Position numbers and translations under genes: made by a program
Virus record (IMG/VR): IMGVR_UViG_2778261223_000007
Coordinates: 1 to 64,000 of that record
Strand: one strand, 5' to 3'
Length of the DNA: 64,000 nucleotides
DNA from: a virus
Lineage: Duplodnaviria; Heunggongvirae; Uroviricota; Caudoviricetes
Notes under the pieces: model-generated
What the model was told of the DNA's origin: nothing
Databases searched by the model: none
What the model saw: the letters and a program-made list of their open reading frames with translations, nothing else
In this document: piece after piece, positions 21,381 through 29,946 of the stretch
How the letters are laid out: the number at the start of each line of letters is the position of its first letter
Position numbering within the stretch: the stretch's first letter is position 1

Positions 21381-22943
21381 TTACACCTGTGCGACGTTAT
21401 ACCATGTGCCATTGATGTATTTTTGTATTGGCCTGAAGATGGCTTCATCATCGCCATCTACTTCACCAATGATTCTTAATCCGGTAATTGCGTGTCCGGC
21501 TTTTTCATAACGACCACCACGCGCCATCAATTGAACAACACGTGTGCCAAGTCGGACATCTCTCACATAGCGTGAGTCAAAATTGCCATAATTGCCGGGA
21601 ATAACTTGCGCACCACAAAGCCAGTTACCGTTATTATCCATGTACGCCTGACCATCGGTGCCATTGGCTGTCCTTGAGTTATTAATCATGTAGATGCCAA
21701 ATTGCTTGTTCCCCAGTCCACCTATCATGAACTTTCGGTCGGCGTGATTCTGGCGAAGTAACGCCTGAGCGCTATCAGTGTTAACTATATTTTTCCCAAA
21801 GATAGCGTTGTTATCGCGCATCTGAATCCACATACCATTACTGCTGTTAATAGCAAAACGGTCTGAAAGTGTCTCCCCTGAAACATTAAGACCACGTCCC
21901 ATCGAAACAGCGCCAGTAGCGTTATTAATCCATAATGGCCTTAATCCGTTATAAGTCCCCATGTTGTCACCGGAGTTTGTCAACATGAAGTATGTATTTG
22001 AACCATCATTACGAATAAAGAATCCGTAATTACCATAAGCAATACGTAGGCCGTTTGCTGATTTTGATATGACTTCGCCATTTACAATGGCATTGACAAG
22101 AACATACAAAGCATCCCATTTAAGATTCATCAGGTCTTTTGTTGTGGTACTTTGTTTGCTTCTCCATTTGAAATATTCATTGCCGTTGTCGCCTGTCTCA
22201 AACCACATGTATGAATCAGTATCGCTGTCGGCATCATTTTTAAAACCAATCTTCGCCCAGTCAGTATTCCGAATCCAGGCAAGGATTGAGTCGTTTTCAA
22301 AAGTAAGTCCACCGGACAAGGTATCGCCTGTCTTTTGAACCGCGTTATCAGCCTTGTTTACCGTTTCCTGTAGATTTAAATCTTCCGCCGTTAGCTCAAT
22401 ATTTTTAGAACCGTCAAACGAGACGCCGTTGATAGTACATGCTATCTGCAATTTGGTCGCTGTAGCCGCATTACCAGAGGTGTCCTGATTCCCTTTAGCA
22501 TTGACGCCGGGAACTGAATCTTTTGACGTATAGATCTGTGCCCACTCGGACCATGCCGCAGCAGTGCTATCTCTTTTGGATCGAATGAAAGCAGGTGCAT
22601 GAGCGCCATTTGTGCCACTCCAGCCAATGAATAACTCACCTTCGCCAGCAGCGGTGGCACCTTTAAGGTGAAGCACATTGCCATAGGGGGAAGGGTAGCC
22701 ATTGTTGTATGCCTCATACATCTGCAATCCAGTAGCAGCACCTTGCGTTGTACCGGTAAGCGCAGTAACGCGTCCTCTAGACGTAATTGTTGGTATCGAA
22801 ATGTTCGTAGAACCATCGAACCTGACGCCATTAATGTTTATGGCTGTTTTTAATTTCGTCGCGGTATCGGCGTTCCCTGTCAGCGCCCCGGTGATCCCGC
22901 CGTTGAAAGTCTGGCGTGCACTCCACGTGTTAGCCGTGCTCAA
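21381..22943 (-). CDS. alternate tail fibre variable segment Sv' (fused to Sc only after inversion)
   Basis: ORF begins with the shared STANTWSARQTFNGGITGALTGNADTATKL block, then diverges from Sv; lies between the inverted repeats on the opposite strand. Confidence 0.75.
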   Translation of the reverse strand: MSTANTWSARQTFNGGITGALTGNADTATKLKTAININGVRFDGSTNISIPTITSRGRVTALTGTTQGAATGLQMYEAYNNGYPSPYGNVLHLKGATAAGEGELFIGWSGTNGAHAPAFIRSKRDSTAAAWSEWAQIYTSKDSVPGVNAKGNQDTSGNAATATKLQIACTINGVSFDGSKNIELTAEDLNLQETVNKADNAVQKTGDTLSGGLTFENDSILAWIRNTDWAKIGFKNDADSDTDSYMWFETGDNGNEYFKWRSKQSTTTKDLMNLKWDALYVLVNAIVNGEVISKSANGLRIAYGNYGFFIRNDGSNTYFMLTNSGDNMGTYNGLRPLWINNATGAVSMGRGLNVSGETLSDRFAINSSNGMWIQMRDNNAIFGKNIVNTDSAQALLRQNHADRKFMIGGLGNKQFGIYMINNSRTANGTDGQAYMDNNGNWLCGAQVIPGNYGNFDSRYVRDVRLGTRVVQLMARGGRYEKAGHAITGLRIIGEVDGDDEAIFRPIQKYINGTWYNVAQV

Positions 22944-22992
22944 CAGGGGGATCTTTTCACCGCTGGTACCGAGTTCTCTTAAACCAAGGTTT
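22810..22992. repeat. right inverted repeat of the invertible segment
   Basis: Reverse complement of 18716-18898 with a few mismatches. Confidence 0.8.
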
Positions 22993-22999
22993 AGGATTG
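22974..22999 (-). promoter_or_regulatory. right crossover site (cixR-like)
   Basis: TTCTCTTAAACCAAGGTTTAGGATTG (plus strand); shares the AAACCAAGGTTT core with hixL as recalled; overlaps the 3' end of the invertase gene. Confidence 0.7.
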
Positions 23000-23551
23000 A
23001 AATGATGATGCCGGAAACTTCTTATAAAGCGTGGAAACAGCCACATCATAGATGATTGCAACCTGCTTACGAGGGATGCCCTTCTCCAGCAATCGCCGCA
23101 TTTGCTGCCATGTTTCTTCTTGGTATTTAGGCCGACGCCCACCTATACGACCTTCTGCGCGAGCTGCATCAAGTCCAGCGCGTGTACGTTCAATGATAAG
23201 CTCACGTTCCATTTCTGCCAGCGCACCCATTACGTGAAAGAAAAAGCGCCCCATTGGTGTACTGGTGTCGATGGAGTCAGTGAGACTCCGGAAGTTAATG
23301 CCTCTGTCACGCAGCTCTTCCACCAGCACAACCAAGTGACGCATGCTGCGCCCAAGGCGATCTAACTTCCATACGACCAGGGTGTCACCTCTGGAAAGAA
23401 TACGCAGAACCTTTTTTAACCCTGGGCGTTCAGCCTTTTTGCCGCTCGCCTTATCCTCAAAAATTAGCTCACATCCTGCGCTTTCAAGGGCGTTTCGTTG
23501 TAAAGCGGTGTTTTGGTCATTAGTTGATACGCGAATGTATCCAATAAGCAT
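22991..23551 (-). CDS. cin: serine DNA invertase (Cin/Gin/Hin/Pin family)
   Basis: 186 aa; N-terminal MLIGYIRVSTNDQNTALQRNAL with catalytic Ser, TLVVWKLDRLGRS, GRFFFHVMGALAEMERELIIERT, C-terminal HTH; directly abuts the invertible segment. Confidence 0.9.
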   Translation of the reverse strand: MLIGYIRVSTNDQNTALQRNALESAGCELIFEDKASGKKAERPGLKKVLRILSRGDTLVVWKLDRLGRSMRHLVVLVEELRDRGINFRSLTDSIDTSTPMGRFFFHVMGALAEMERELIIERTRAGLDAARAEGRIGGRRPKYQEETWQQMRRLLEKGIPRKQVAIIYDVAVSTLYKKFPASSFQS

Positions 23552-23656
23552 ATGTCCCCCCTTGTATGTTAAGGGGGGAGATTCTAGAAGATGTCCTGTA
23601 AGGAAATAACAAACTGACTAAGTTAGTGGCGCATTAGATGTTATTTCTGGAGGGGT

Positions 23657-23983
23657 ATGTTTGCAGATTATGAAAATCTGGCTGTAGTAGTCATAACATC
23701 CCTACTAAGTGGAACCGGCGTATTCCTTCTCGGAGTTAGAGACGGGCGCATTTCTGCGTCCCTGCTCAATCTTGCGAGTGAATTGTTTACTGCGGTAACA
23801 GCCGGGCTTGCGGGGTATGGGGTGGCGGTTAGCCAAGAATGGCCTGAAGGTATCATTTTCTGCGTTGTTCTGATTGCCAGTAACAACGGTAGTGAAATTT
23901 TACAGGGCTTGAAGTCCAGAGCTAGTAACGTCTTGAATCTCTTAAGCGTAATAGCGAATGGGGGAAAAGGTGGAGAGAAATAA
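23657..23983 (+). CDS. small membrane protein, holin-like (LydA-like position)
   Basis: 108 aa, hydrophobic helices and charged C-terminus (..GGKGGEK); first gene of the operon containing the DarA-like gene. Confidence 0.4.
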   Translation: MFADYENLAVVVITSLLSGTGVFLLGVRDGRISASLLNLASELFTAVTAGLAGYGVAVSQEWPEGIIFCVVLIASNNGSEILQGLKSRASNVLNLLSVIANGGKGGEK

Positions 23984-24429
23984 TGGGTAACTTTGGAAAT
24001 TATTTCATTTTTATCATGGCATTTGTTGCCATCATTGACCGTTTCATTTTTCGTCGCAAGAGTGTTGAGATTTTGAGTATTGGTGACGCTGTAGTGAAAG
24101 AATCCGCTATAGCATTTCCTGTTTCGCTACGTGTTAAGCGAAGCTGGGTGAGCAATGCTCAAATCGAATATTGGTTGCAAGACCTGAAAAATCCATCTGT
24201 GGTTATTTCAGGGAAAACGCGACCAGTTGACGCCTCAAAACGCGGTGAGAGAGAAGAGTATTTGCTCATCGATACGAAATATCTTGAGCCAACGAAGTGG
24301 GATCTGAAAGTCACATTGACTAACGGTAACTGCCGACTGAATCCGCTTTATCGCATTTTCCCTATCAATGACTGCATAGAGCGCCAATTTACGATCGAAA
24401 AGCGTGAAGGAGACTGGGATGTCAAATAA
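23983..24429 (+). CDS. membrane-anchored protein (LydB-like position)
   Basis: 148 aa with N-terminal TM helix; start overlaps the stop of the upstream gene. Confidence 0.3.
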   Translation: MGNFGNYFIFIMAFVAIIDRFIFRRKSVEILSIGDAVVKESAIAFPVSLRVKRSWVSNAQIEYWLQDLKNPSVVISGKTRPVDASKRGEREEYLLIDTKYLEPTKWDLKVTLTNGNCRLNPLYRIFPINDCIERQFTIEKREGDWDVK

Positions 24430-25039
24430 AAATAATTATGTTCTTCTTAATTATGATGAGTTAAACGAAAAGGGGCTGTCAAAACTCGTCAAAGAAATCA
24501 GCAAAGGTGGTTACAAGATAGCGAGGGTGATCCCTGCAAGTAATGGCAGGAAGAAAGATGGGATCATGACGCGCACGTTTACCCTTATTGGTATTGATGA
24601 ACAGACAATGGAAGTTCAGGTTAACGATACCGGTGATATATCTGGGATCAAACTGAATGGTAAAACAGTACCGTTCAAGCCAGTAAAAACAATGTCGGCT
24701 TTGGGGCAATCTCTTGCGGCTTTATTTAATCGTGGAGCAACTTCTTTCCAGAAGTCACTAGCTCGAAAACTTGCTCGTGCAGCAAAAAATATTGATGACG
24801 GAAATAAGAAGCGGCAGGGAGTTAAATCTAACGCTCAGAAATTAGCTGAAGCGAAAGAATCACGTGATGCACTCCGTGAAGATATCGCTAATGCTAACGA
24901 CAAACTGTCTAAACTCCAGAGCAAGTCAGACAAAGTAATGCAAGATACGGGTAATGTTAAAGCTGCCTTGTCTCAGGAAGTAGCTAAGACACGTGCTCTT
25001 AAAGAAGAAATCGCGCGCCTGGAGGATGAGCATGATTAA
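24419..25039 (+). CDS. hypothetical coiled-coil protein (Hdf-like?)
   Basis: ATG at 24419 preceded by AAGGAG; the track's GTG 24404 start is less likely; C-terminal heptad-rich region. Confidence 0.3.
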   Translation: MSNKNNYVLLNYDELNEKGLSKLVKEISKGGYKIARVIPASNGRKKDGIMTRTFTLIGIDEQTMEVQVNDTGDISGIKLNGKTVPFKPVKTMSALGQSLAALFNRGATSFQKSLARKLARAAKNIDDGNKKRQGVKSNAQKLAEAKESRDALREDIANANDKLSKLQSKSDKVMQDTGNVKAALSQEVAKTRALKEEIARLEDEHD

Positions 25040-26969
25040 CAATCCTTTACGAATTAATATTCAGTCTACTTTTGCTGATACGATCCCCGGCTATATGCCA
25101 AGTCGCTGGTCTTCAGAAGAATTAAGCGAAGATGACCTGATTTTTGAGGCGGCGACCTTAGAAGATATTGAGCTTGCCTATATGGGCAATGAAATTCTGG
25201 TTGTGTCTGACGAAGCTATGTTTGAGTCCATAACTACAACCAGAATTCGGTTAGCTCAAACAATGCGAGCTTTCGTCCGTGCGCTGAATCGTGGCCTGAA
25301 TGGTACGAATATTATGGCAGGGACTGATGAAGCTGGGACCGATGAAAATGGACGTAATTGTATTGGTGGTGCGATTATCGGTCGTGTACGTCGGGTAGCT
25401 AATATCCCCGTTTTGACCGCGCAGATACCGCTTACTGACGGGCAGAGTACAAGCATAATTTTCCACTCTCCAACAGCTGACGGGGCAAAAATAAAGAGTA
25501 ACGACGAGCTTGTTGCATTTCAGTTTTTACTTAATAAGCGTAACGTAACTCACGTTGTCGCCCCGATTGGTGGGAGAGATGTTTCTTTAAACCAGGTATG
25601 CCAGGCGCTATCTAATTTGATTGAGCGTAACAGCGAAAAATTTAAGAAAGCAAAAGAGCGCCAGGACAAAATGAAGGCAGATATTGAGAGTTATCTCAAT
25701 GAAGCAGATAAACTGGCAGAAGAACGGTCAATAATGATTGATCAGGTGGAAGTTGCGCAACGAGGGCTGACTGAAAAGCGTGCTGCTCTTACGGAGATGC
25801 AAAAAAAACTTGATTCCCAGAAAGCCATCAACGAGGAATTACAAGCAAAACGCGATAAATTGTTGTCTGCTAAAGGTGAAAAAACGAAAGAACGAGCGTT
25901 TAGTGACCAGCTGCGACATGTAAAACATAATCTTGCCATTGACGGAAAAACAGTGCTGGATAATGGCGCTGAAGTTAATTATGTCACGTCCGGCAGTGAT
26001 AATTTCGTTACGATAGTAGCACCTGAAGGTAAATTCAGTATTGATGCCAGTGCTGTCAAAGGAGGCAGTTTGGCAGATGCTGCAACCAAATTACTTAAAG
26101 CCTACCGAGAGCATAACGCAGATAAATATAAAGTTGATGTGTTACCAGGCCAGCAGGAAGACCCCGAACCACCACAGACAGACCCCGAGACGAACCCAGT
26201 ATCACAACCAGAGAGCCAGGATGTAGGTAAATACCACTATGCACTTCAATCTCGCCCGGCTGGTGTTGGTGCTGTGCCGGATGGAAATAAAGCCGTGCTT
26301 GATCGTCCTGACCAGGCTGATCAGTATTACGAATATGCTCGTCACGGTATCATTACGTATGACCGTAAACTGACAGATGAAGAAGTCAGCCAGTACGAGT
26401 TGCTCTATCTTCCTGATGAAGATGAGCTGAAAGATTTTGCAGGCCAATTGGTTGTGTCCAGCATGTCGAAACATATTGATGGCTATGTAGACCTGTTTGG
26501 CAGTGACCTGAAAACATTCAAGGCGCAAGTGAAAATTCTTTTCCGCAAAGCGTTTCCAAACGTGGCGTATCCACTTGGTGATGGGGAGAACCTTTTCATT
26601 ATGGACGTATATAACGCCCTTCAAAATCATTCAAACGAAGTAACGCCAGAGCCTGAATTAGCACCTGTAGTTGAGCCAGAATCACACCCACAAACAGCAC
26701 CAGAGCAACAGCCAACGCCGGAAGACGCTGAAGAAGCGGCAACTGAAGCTGATCAGGAAGCAGATAAAGCGTTGGAGTACCTTAAATCCGTCCCGGTGCA
26801 GTTTACATCTCGCGATCTGACGGTAATCAGTGCCGAACTTGACCATGTGCAGGAAGCTGCAAACGCTCTTATCAGTGCTGGTCGATACGACGAGAACGAA
26901 TCAACGGTTGGCGCAGCAGTTGACTACCTGATCAACATTCTGGCTGAAATTCAGCAGGGAGGTGCTTAA
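25032..26969 (+). CDS. DarA-like antirestriction / head-internal protein candidate
   Basis: ~645 aa with central coiled-coil and acidic Pro/Glu-rich linker; ATG 25032 has GGAGG 6 nt upstream; follows the lydA/lydB-like genes as in the P1 operon order recalled from memory; no sequence confirmation possible. Confidence 0.35.
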   Translation: MINNPLRINIQSTFADTIPGYMPSRWSSEELSEDDLIFEAATLEDIELAYMGNEILVVSDEAMFESITTTRIRLAQTMRAFVRALNRGLNGTNIMAGTDEAGTDENGRNCIGGAIIGRVRRVANIPVLTAQIPLTDGQSTSIIFHSPTADGAKIKSNDELVAFQFLLNKRNVTHVVAPIGGRDVSLNQVCQALSNLIERNSEKFKKAKERQDKMKADIESYLNEADKLAEERSIMIDQVEVAQRGLTEKRAALTEMQKKLDSQKAINEELQAKRDKLLSAKGEKTKERAFSDQLRHVKHNLAIDGKTVLDNGAEVNYVTSGSDNFVTIVAPEGKFSIDASAVKGGSLADAATKLLKAYREHNADKYKVDVLPGQQEDPEPPQTDPETNPVSQPESQDVGKYHYALQSRPAGVGAVPDGNKAVLDRPDQADQYYEYARHGIITYDRKLTDEEVSQYELLYLPDEDELKDFAGQLVVSSMSKHIDGYVDLFGSDLKTFKAQVKILFRKAFPNVAYPLGDGENLFIMDVYNALQNHSNEVTPEPELAPVVEPESHPQTAPEQQPTPEDAEEAATEADQEADKALEYLKSVPVQFTSRDLTVISAELDHVQEAANALISAGRYDENESTVGAAVDYLINILAEIQQGGA

Positions 26970-27343
26970 TGACTATCTCTGTTTTAGACCGTCTGAAATT
27001 GGGTAAAGAGCTATCAGATTTAATGCAGGCGCAGAAAACCGCGCCAGTATTACAACGCGTCGCCATTGGTAAGCAGATTGTCGATCTGATGCTTAAACTG
27101 GGGTTGGGTACTGCCGCTCAACCGATGTCGGAACCGCAACCACAACCACAGTCTGATCCTGTTGCAGATGAAGTTCCTAAGATAGTGACTGACTTCCTGG
27201 GCGGCGTGTTCACAAAGTCCACACAAATGGAATTTATTGATGCGCTGCGTGGGATCTCAAACTATGTTGGTGAGTTCCTTACGTTGGAGCAGGCTAAAGA
27301 GCAGACCATAAGCTGGGTGAAAGCCAACGGTTATGCCGGGTAA
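26969..27343 (+). CDS. hypothetical protein (DdrA-like position)
   Basis: 124-aa ORF translationally coupled to upstream gene (ATGA overlap). Confidence 0.3.
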   Translation: MTISVLDRLKLGKELSDLMQAQKTAPVLQRVAIGKQIVDLMLKLGLGTAAQPMSEPQPQPQSDPVADEVPKIVTDFLGGVFTKSTQMEFIDALRGISNYVGEFLTLEQAKEQTISWVKANGYAG

Positions 27344-27425
27344 TCAAAAGGGGGTGAAATGCCCCTTTCACTTCTCTGTTCTCACATAAATCACACTCTT
27401 TTTACACTCACAGCTTTCTCTATAG

Positions 27426-28802
27426 TTGGAGTGTATTTTGAACAAATCAGTTACTTCTGCGCTTTCCGAGGCCGCAGATATTAACAGCGTCATTGCTCTG
27501 GTTTCTTCATTAGAGAGGAAAGAAACACGCCTGGGGCGAAGTAGCTACGTAGTCACCAGCAAAGGTGCAGAGGTAAAGACGGCTTTTAAGGTCGTTGATG
27601 CCAGCAGTCTGATCATTTCGAACAACCTTGACGGTACGATTAACCCGGCCTTCCCGGAAGAACTCCAACCACGAGATCGTACCCGGCTATCCAGCAAACT
27701 CCAGGTTAACCGTATTGCCTCCGATTTACGCCCGGCACAATTAACGGATTCCGGTATGAGCAGCCACGGAGCGCCGATAGTTGGTCCGGACAACGTTGTT
27801 GAATCCGGCAACGGAAGGAGTATGGGTATCTGGCGTGCCTATGAGCAAGGACAGGCGGATGAGTATCGCCAGTACCTGATCGACCATGCGAAAGAGTTTG
27901 GTCTGAATCCTGACGAAATTTCGCAAATGTCTATGCCCGTACTGGTGCGAGAAAGACTCACAGATGTAGACCGCGCTCAATTTGCCCGCGATTCAAACAT
28001 TAGCGATCTGCAAGAGATGGCAGCAAGTGAAAAAGCGTATGCGGATGCGCAATTTCTCACTGAGAGCGTCATGGCGCTATTTAATCCTTCAGATGATGGA
28101 AATCTGCTGGCGCGGTCCAATGATGCGTTTATTCGTGCGTTTTTGCGCGAAATTGGCGATACAGCGACGGCAGGCTTGCTTACTGCCGATGGGCGTCCCA
28201 CGAAACAGCTTATCGATCGCATCCAGAATGCAATTTTTGCCAAAGCGTACAAGGATGAAAGGCTTGTTCGGCTGGTGTCGGAAGAGCCAGATCCGGAAAT
28301 GCGTAATATCCTGATCGCATTAAATACGGCAGCCAGCGATTTTGCGCAAATGCAGTCGCTGTCTGGCGATGTTCACCATGACACGGTAACCGGACTGGTA
28401 GACGGTATAGAGCAATTGAATGGTCTGGATAAACAGGCTATTGCAGCGCTACAGGAAGCAATTAACCTTGTTCGTGAAGCAAAAGATAACGGTCAGGCAG
28501 TAGAAGAGGTGATCGCACAGCGTGGATTGTTTGGAGATAGCACTCCGGAAGCAGAAGCGCTTGCTCTGTTTATTGTTGCCAACAACCGAAGCGCTAAGCG
28601 AATGGGGGCCGCTTTCAAGAAACTGGCGCAAAAAATTAACGATGAACTTATTCACCAACAACAAGCGTTAGGCGATATGTTCGGCGGCGGAGATGTCGAT
28701 CTGCGTAGCATTTTATCTGCCGTTTCTGATGAAATTGAGACTGAGTTTGGCGAAGGTAAAGGGTTAATTTTTTCTATGTTTGAGCCAACCTCTGTTGGGT
28801 AA
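27426..28802 (+). CDS. hypothetical protein (DdrB-like position)
   Basis: 458-aa ORF; start codon uncertain (TTG in track). Confidence 0.3.
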   Translation: MECILNKSVTSALSEAADINSVIALVSSLERKETRLGRSSYVVTSKGAEVKTAFKVVDASSLIISNNLDGTINPAFPEELQPRDRTRLSSKLQVNRIASDLRPAQLTDSGMSSHGAPIVGPDNVVESGNGRSMGIWRAYEQGQADEYRQYLIDHAKEFGLNPDEISQMSMPVLVRERLTDVDRAQFARDSNISDLQEMAASEKAYADAQFLTESVMALFNPSDDGNLLARSNDAFIRAFLREIGDTATAGLLTADGRPTKQLIDRIQNAIFAKAYKDERLVRLVSEEPDPEMRNILIALNTAASDFAQMQSLSGDVHHDTVTGLVDGIEQLNGLDKQAIAALQEAINLVREAKDNGQAVEEVIAQRGLFGDSTPEAEALALFIVANNRSAKRMGAAFKKLAQKINDELIHQQQALGDMFGGGDVDLRSILSAVSDEIETEFGEGKGLIFSMFEPTSVG

Positions 28803-28927
28803 CATCAATGTAACTTAATGCTCTTTCTGTGCGTTCATCACATATCTGAAGATGGGCGCATAATTCATTTTTGTTCCTGTTTAATAATATGTAAACTAGC
28901 TGAAAATATAATGAATGAGGATAACCG

Positions 28928-29485
28928 ATGTCATCATTTACAGATTTGGTTTCAGCTCTTGCATGGCCATTGGTGTTTGTGTGGTTTGTTAATAAGTATG
29001 GGGTTGATATTAAGGAGTTAATAGTACGTCTGAGTAGATTCAAGATTGGAGTAGCTGAAGCTGAGTTTAATGCGGGACTAACCGCAGCAGAAGTATTAGC
29101 AACAGATGCATCAGTTGGGAATAGAAATATTAACAATGGTAATAATAACTCTGAATATATAAATAAAATCGCACAATTAGAGAGAATTGCTGATTTTTCA
29201 CCTAGAGCTGCTATTATGGAGTCATGGTTGATGGTAGAGGAGGCTGCCGGGCGCTCTGGTTTTATACAGGGAGGGTTAAAGCCGAAACGGAATCCAGAAC
29301 TATTCATTGACTGGTTGATTCAAGAAGGAAAACTTGAAGATTCCGCTGCTTTGCTGTTAAAACGGCTTCGCTCGCTAAGAAATGAAGCCGCGCACTTTCT
29401 GGATTTTGAAATCACCAGAAATGAAGCTGAACGCTATATAAGACTTGCAGCGAAGGTTTCACAACTTATTGTTGATCCAGATTAG
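28928..29485 (+). CDS. membrane-anchored protein with C-terminal HEPN-like (Rx4H) domain
   Basis: 185 aa; N-terminal hydrophobic helix (LVSALAWPLVFVWFV); C-terminal ..LKRLRSLRNEAAHFLDFE.. carries an R-x4-H motif; gene lies in a visibly AT-rich island. Confidence 0.4.
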   Translation: MSSFTDLVSALAWPLVFVWFVNKYGVDIKELIVRLSRFKIGVAEAEFNAGLTAAEVLATDASVGNRNINNGNNNSEYINKIAQLERIADFSPRAAIMESWLMVEEAAGRSGFIQGGLKPKRNPELFIDWLIQEGKLEDSAALLLKRLRSLRNEAAHFLDFEITRNEAERYIRLAAKVSQLIVDPD

Positions 29486-29529
29486 TTTTACTTACTTAGC
29501 TTTGATAATTTATAACATGGAGTATAGTT

Positions 29530-29862
29530 ATGAGAAATATAATCCTGGTTTGTGCTTTATTAGCTTCTGCATCAGTTTGTGCTGCGCCCTATAAGATAAA
29601 AATCCCTTCTGATCCAAAAGCTACTTATACAGTGCTGGATATTGGTCGTGAAGGTGAATATAAAACTATCATTACAAAAAGGGAAGGCCCATCTGGGACA
29701 GCATATTCGAAGAGAATATATAATTGCATGACAAATGAAGTGAAGTATCTTGGTTCTGGGGAGACGCTTGAACAGATGAAAAATTCAAAACCTGATCCCA
29801 AAATGGGGGGGATTGTAAGTGGTTCCATCGCTGACTATGTGGGCAGGGAAGCGTGTAAGTAA
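29530..29862 (+). CDS. small secreted/periplasmic protein
   Basis: 110 aa with signal-peptide-like N-terminus (MRNIILVCALLASASVCAAP); AT-rich codon usage like its neighbour. Confidence 0.4.
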   Translation: MRNIILVCALLASASVCAAPYKIKIPSDPKATYTVLDIGREGEYKTIITKREGPSGTAYSKRIYNCMTNEVKYLGSGETLEQMKNSKPDPKMGGIVSGSIADYVGREACK

Positions 29863-29946
29863 TCATTAACAGCACCAATAAAACTCTCCTATCAAATCAC
29901 ATACTGATTATGCTGCCGCAAAACTGGAAACAATTTGCGGTGATTC

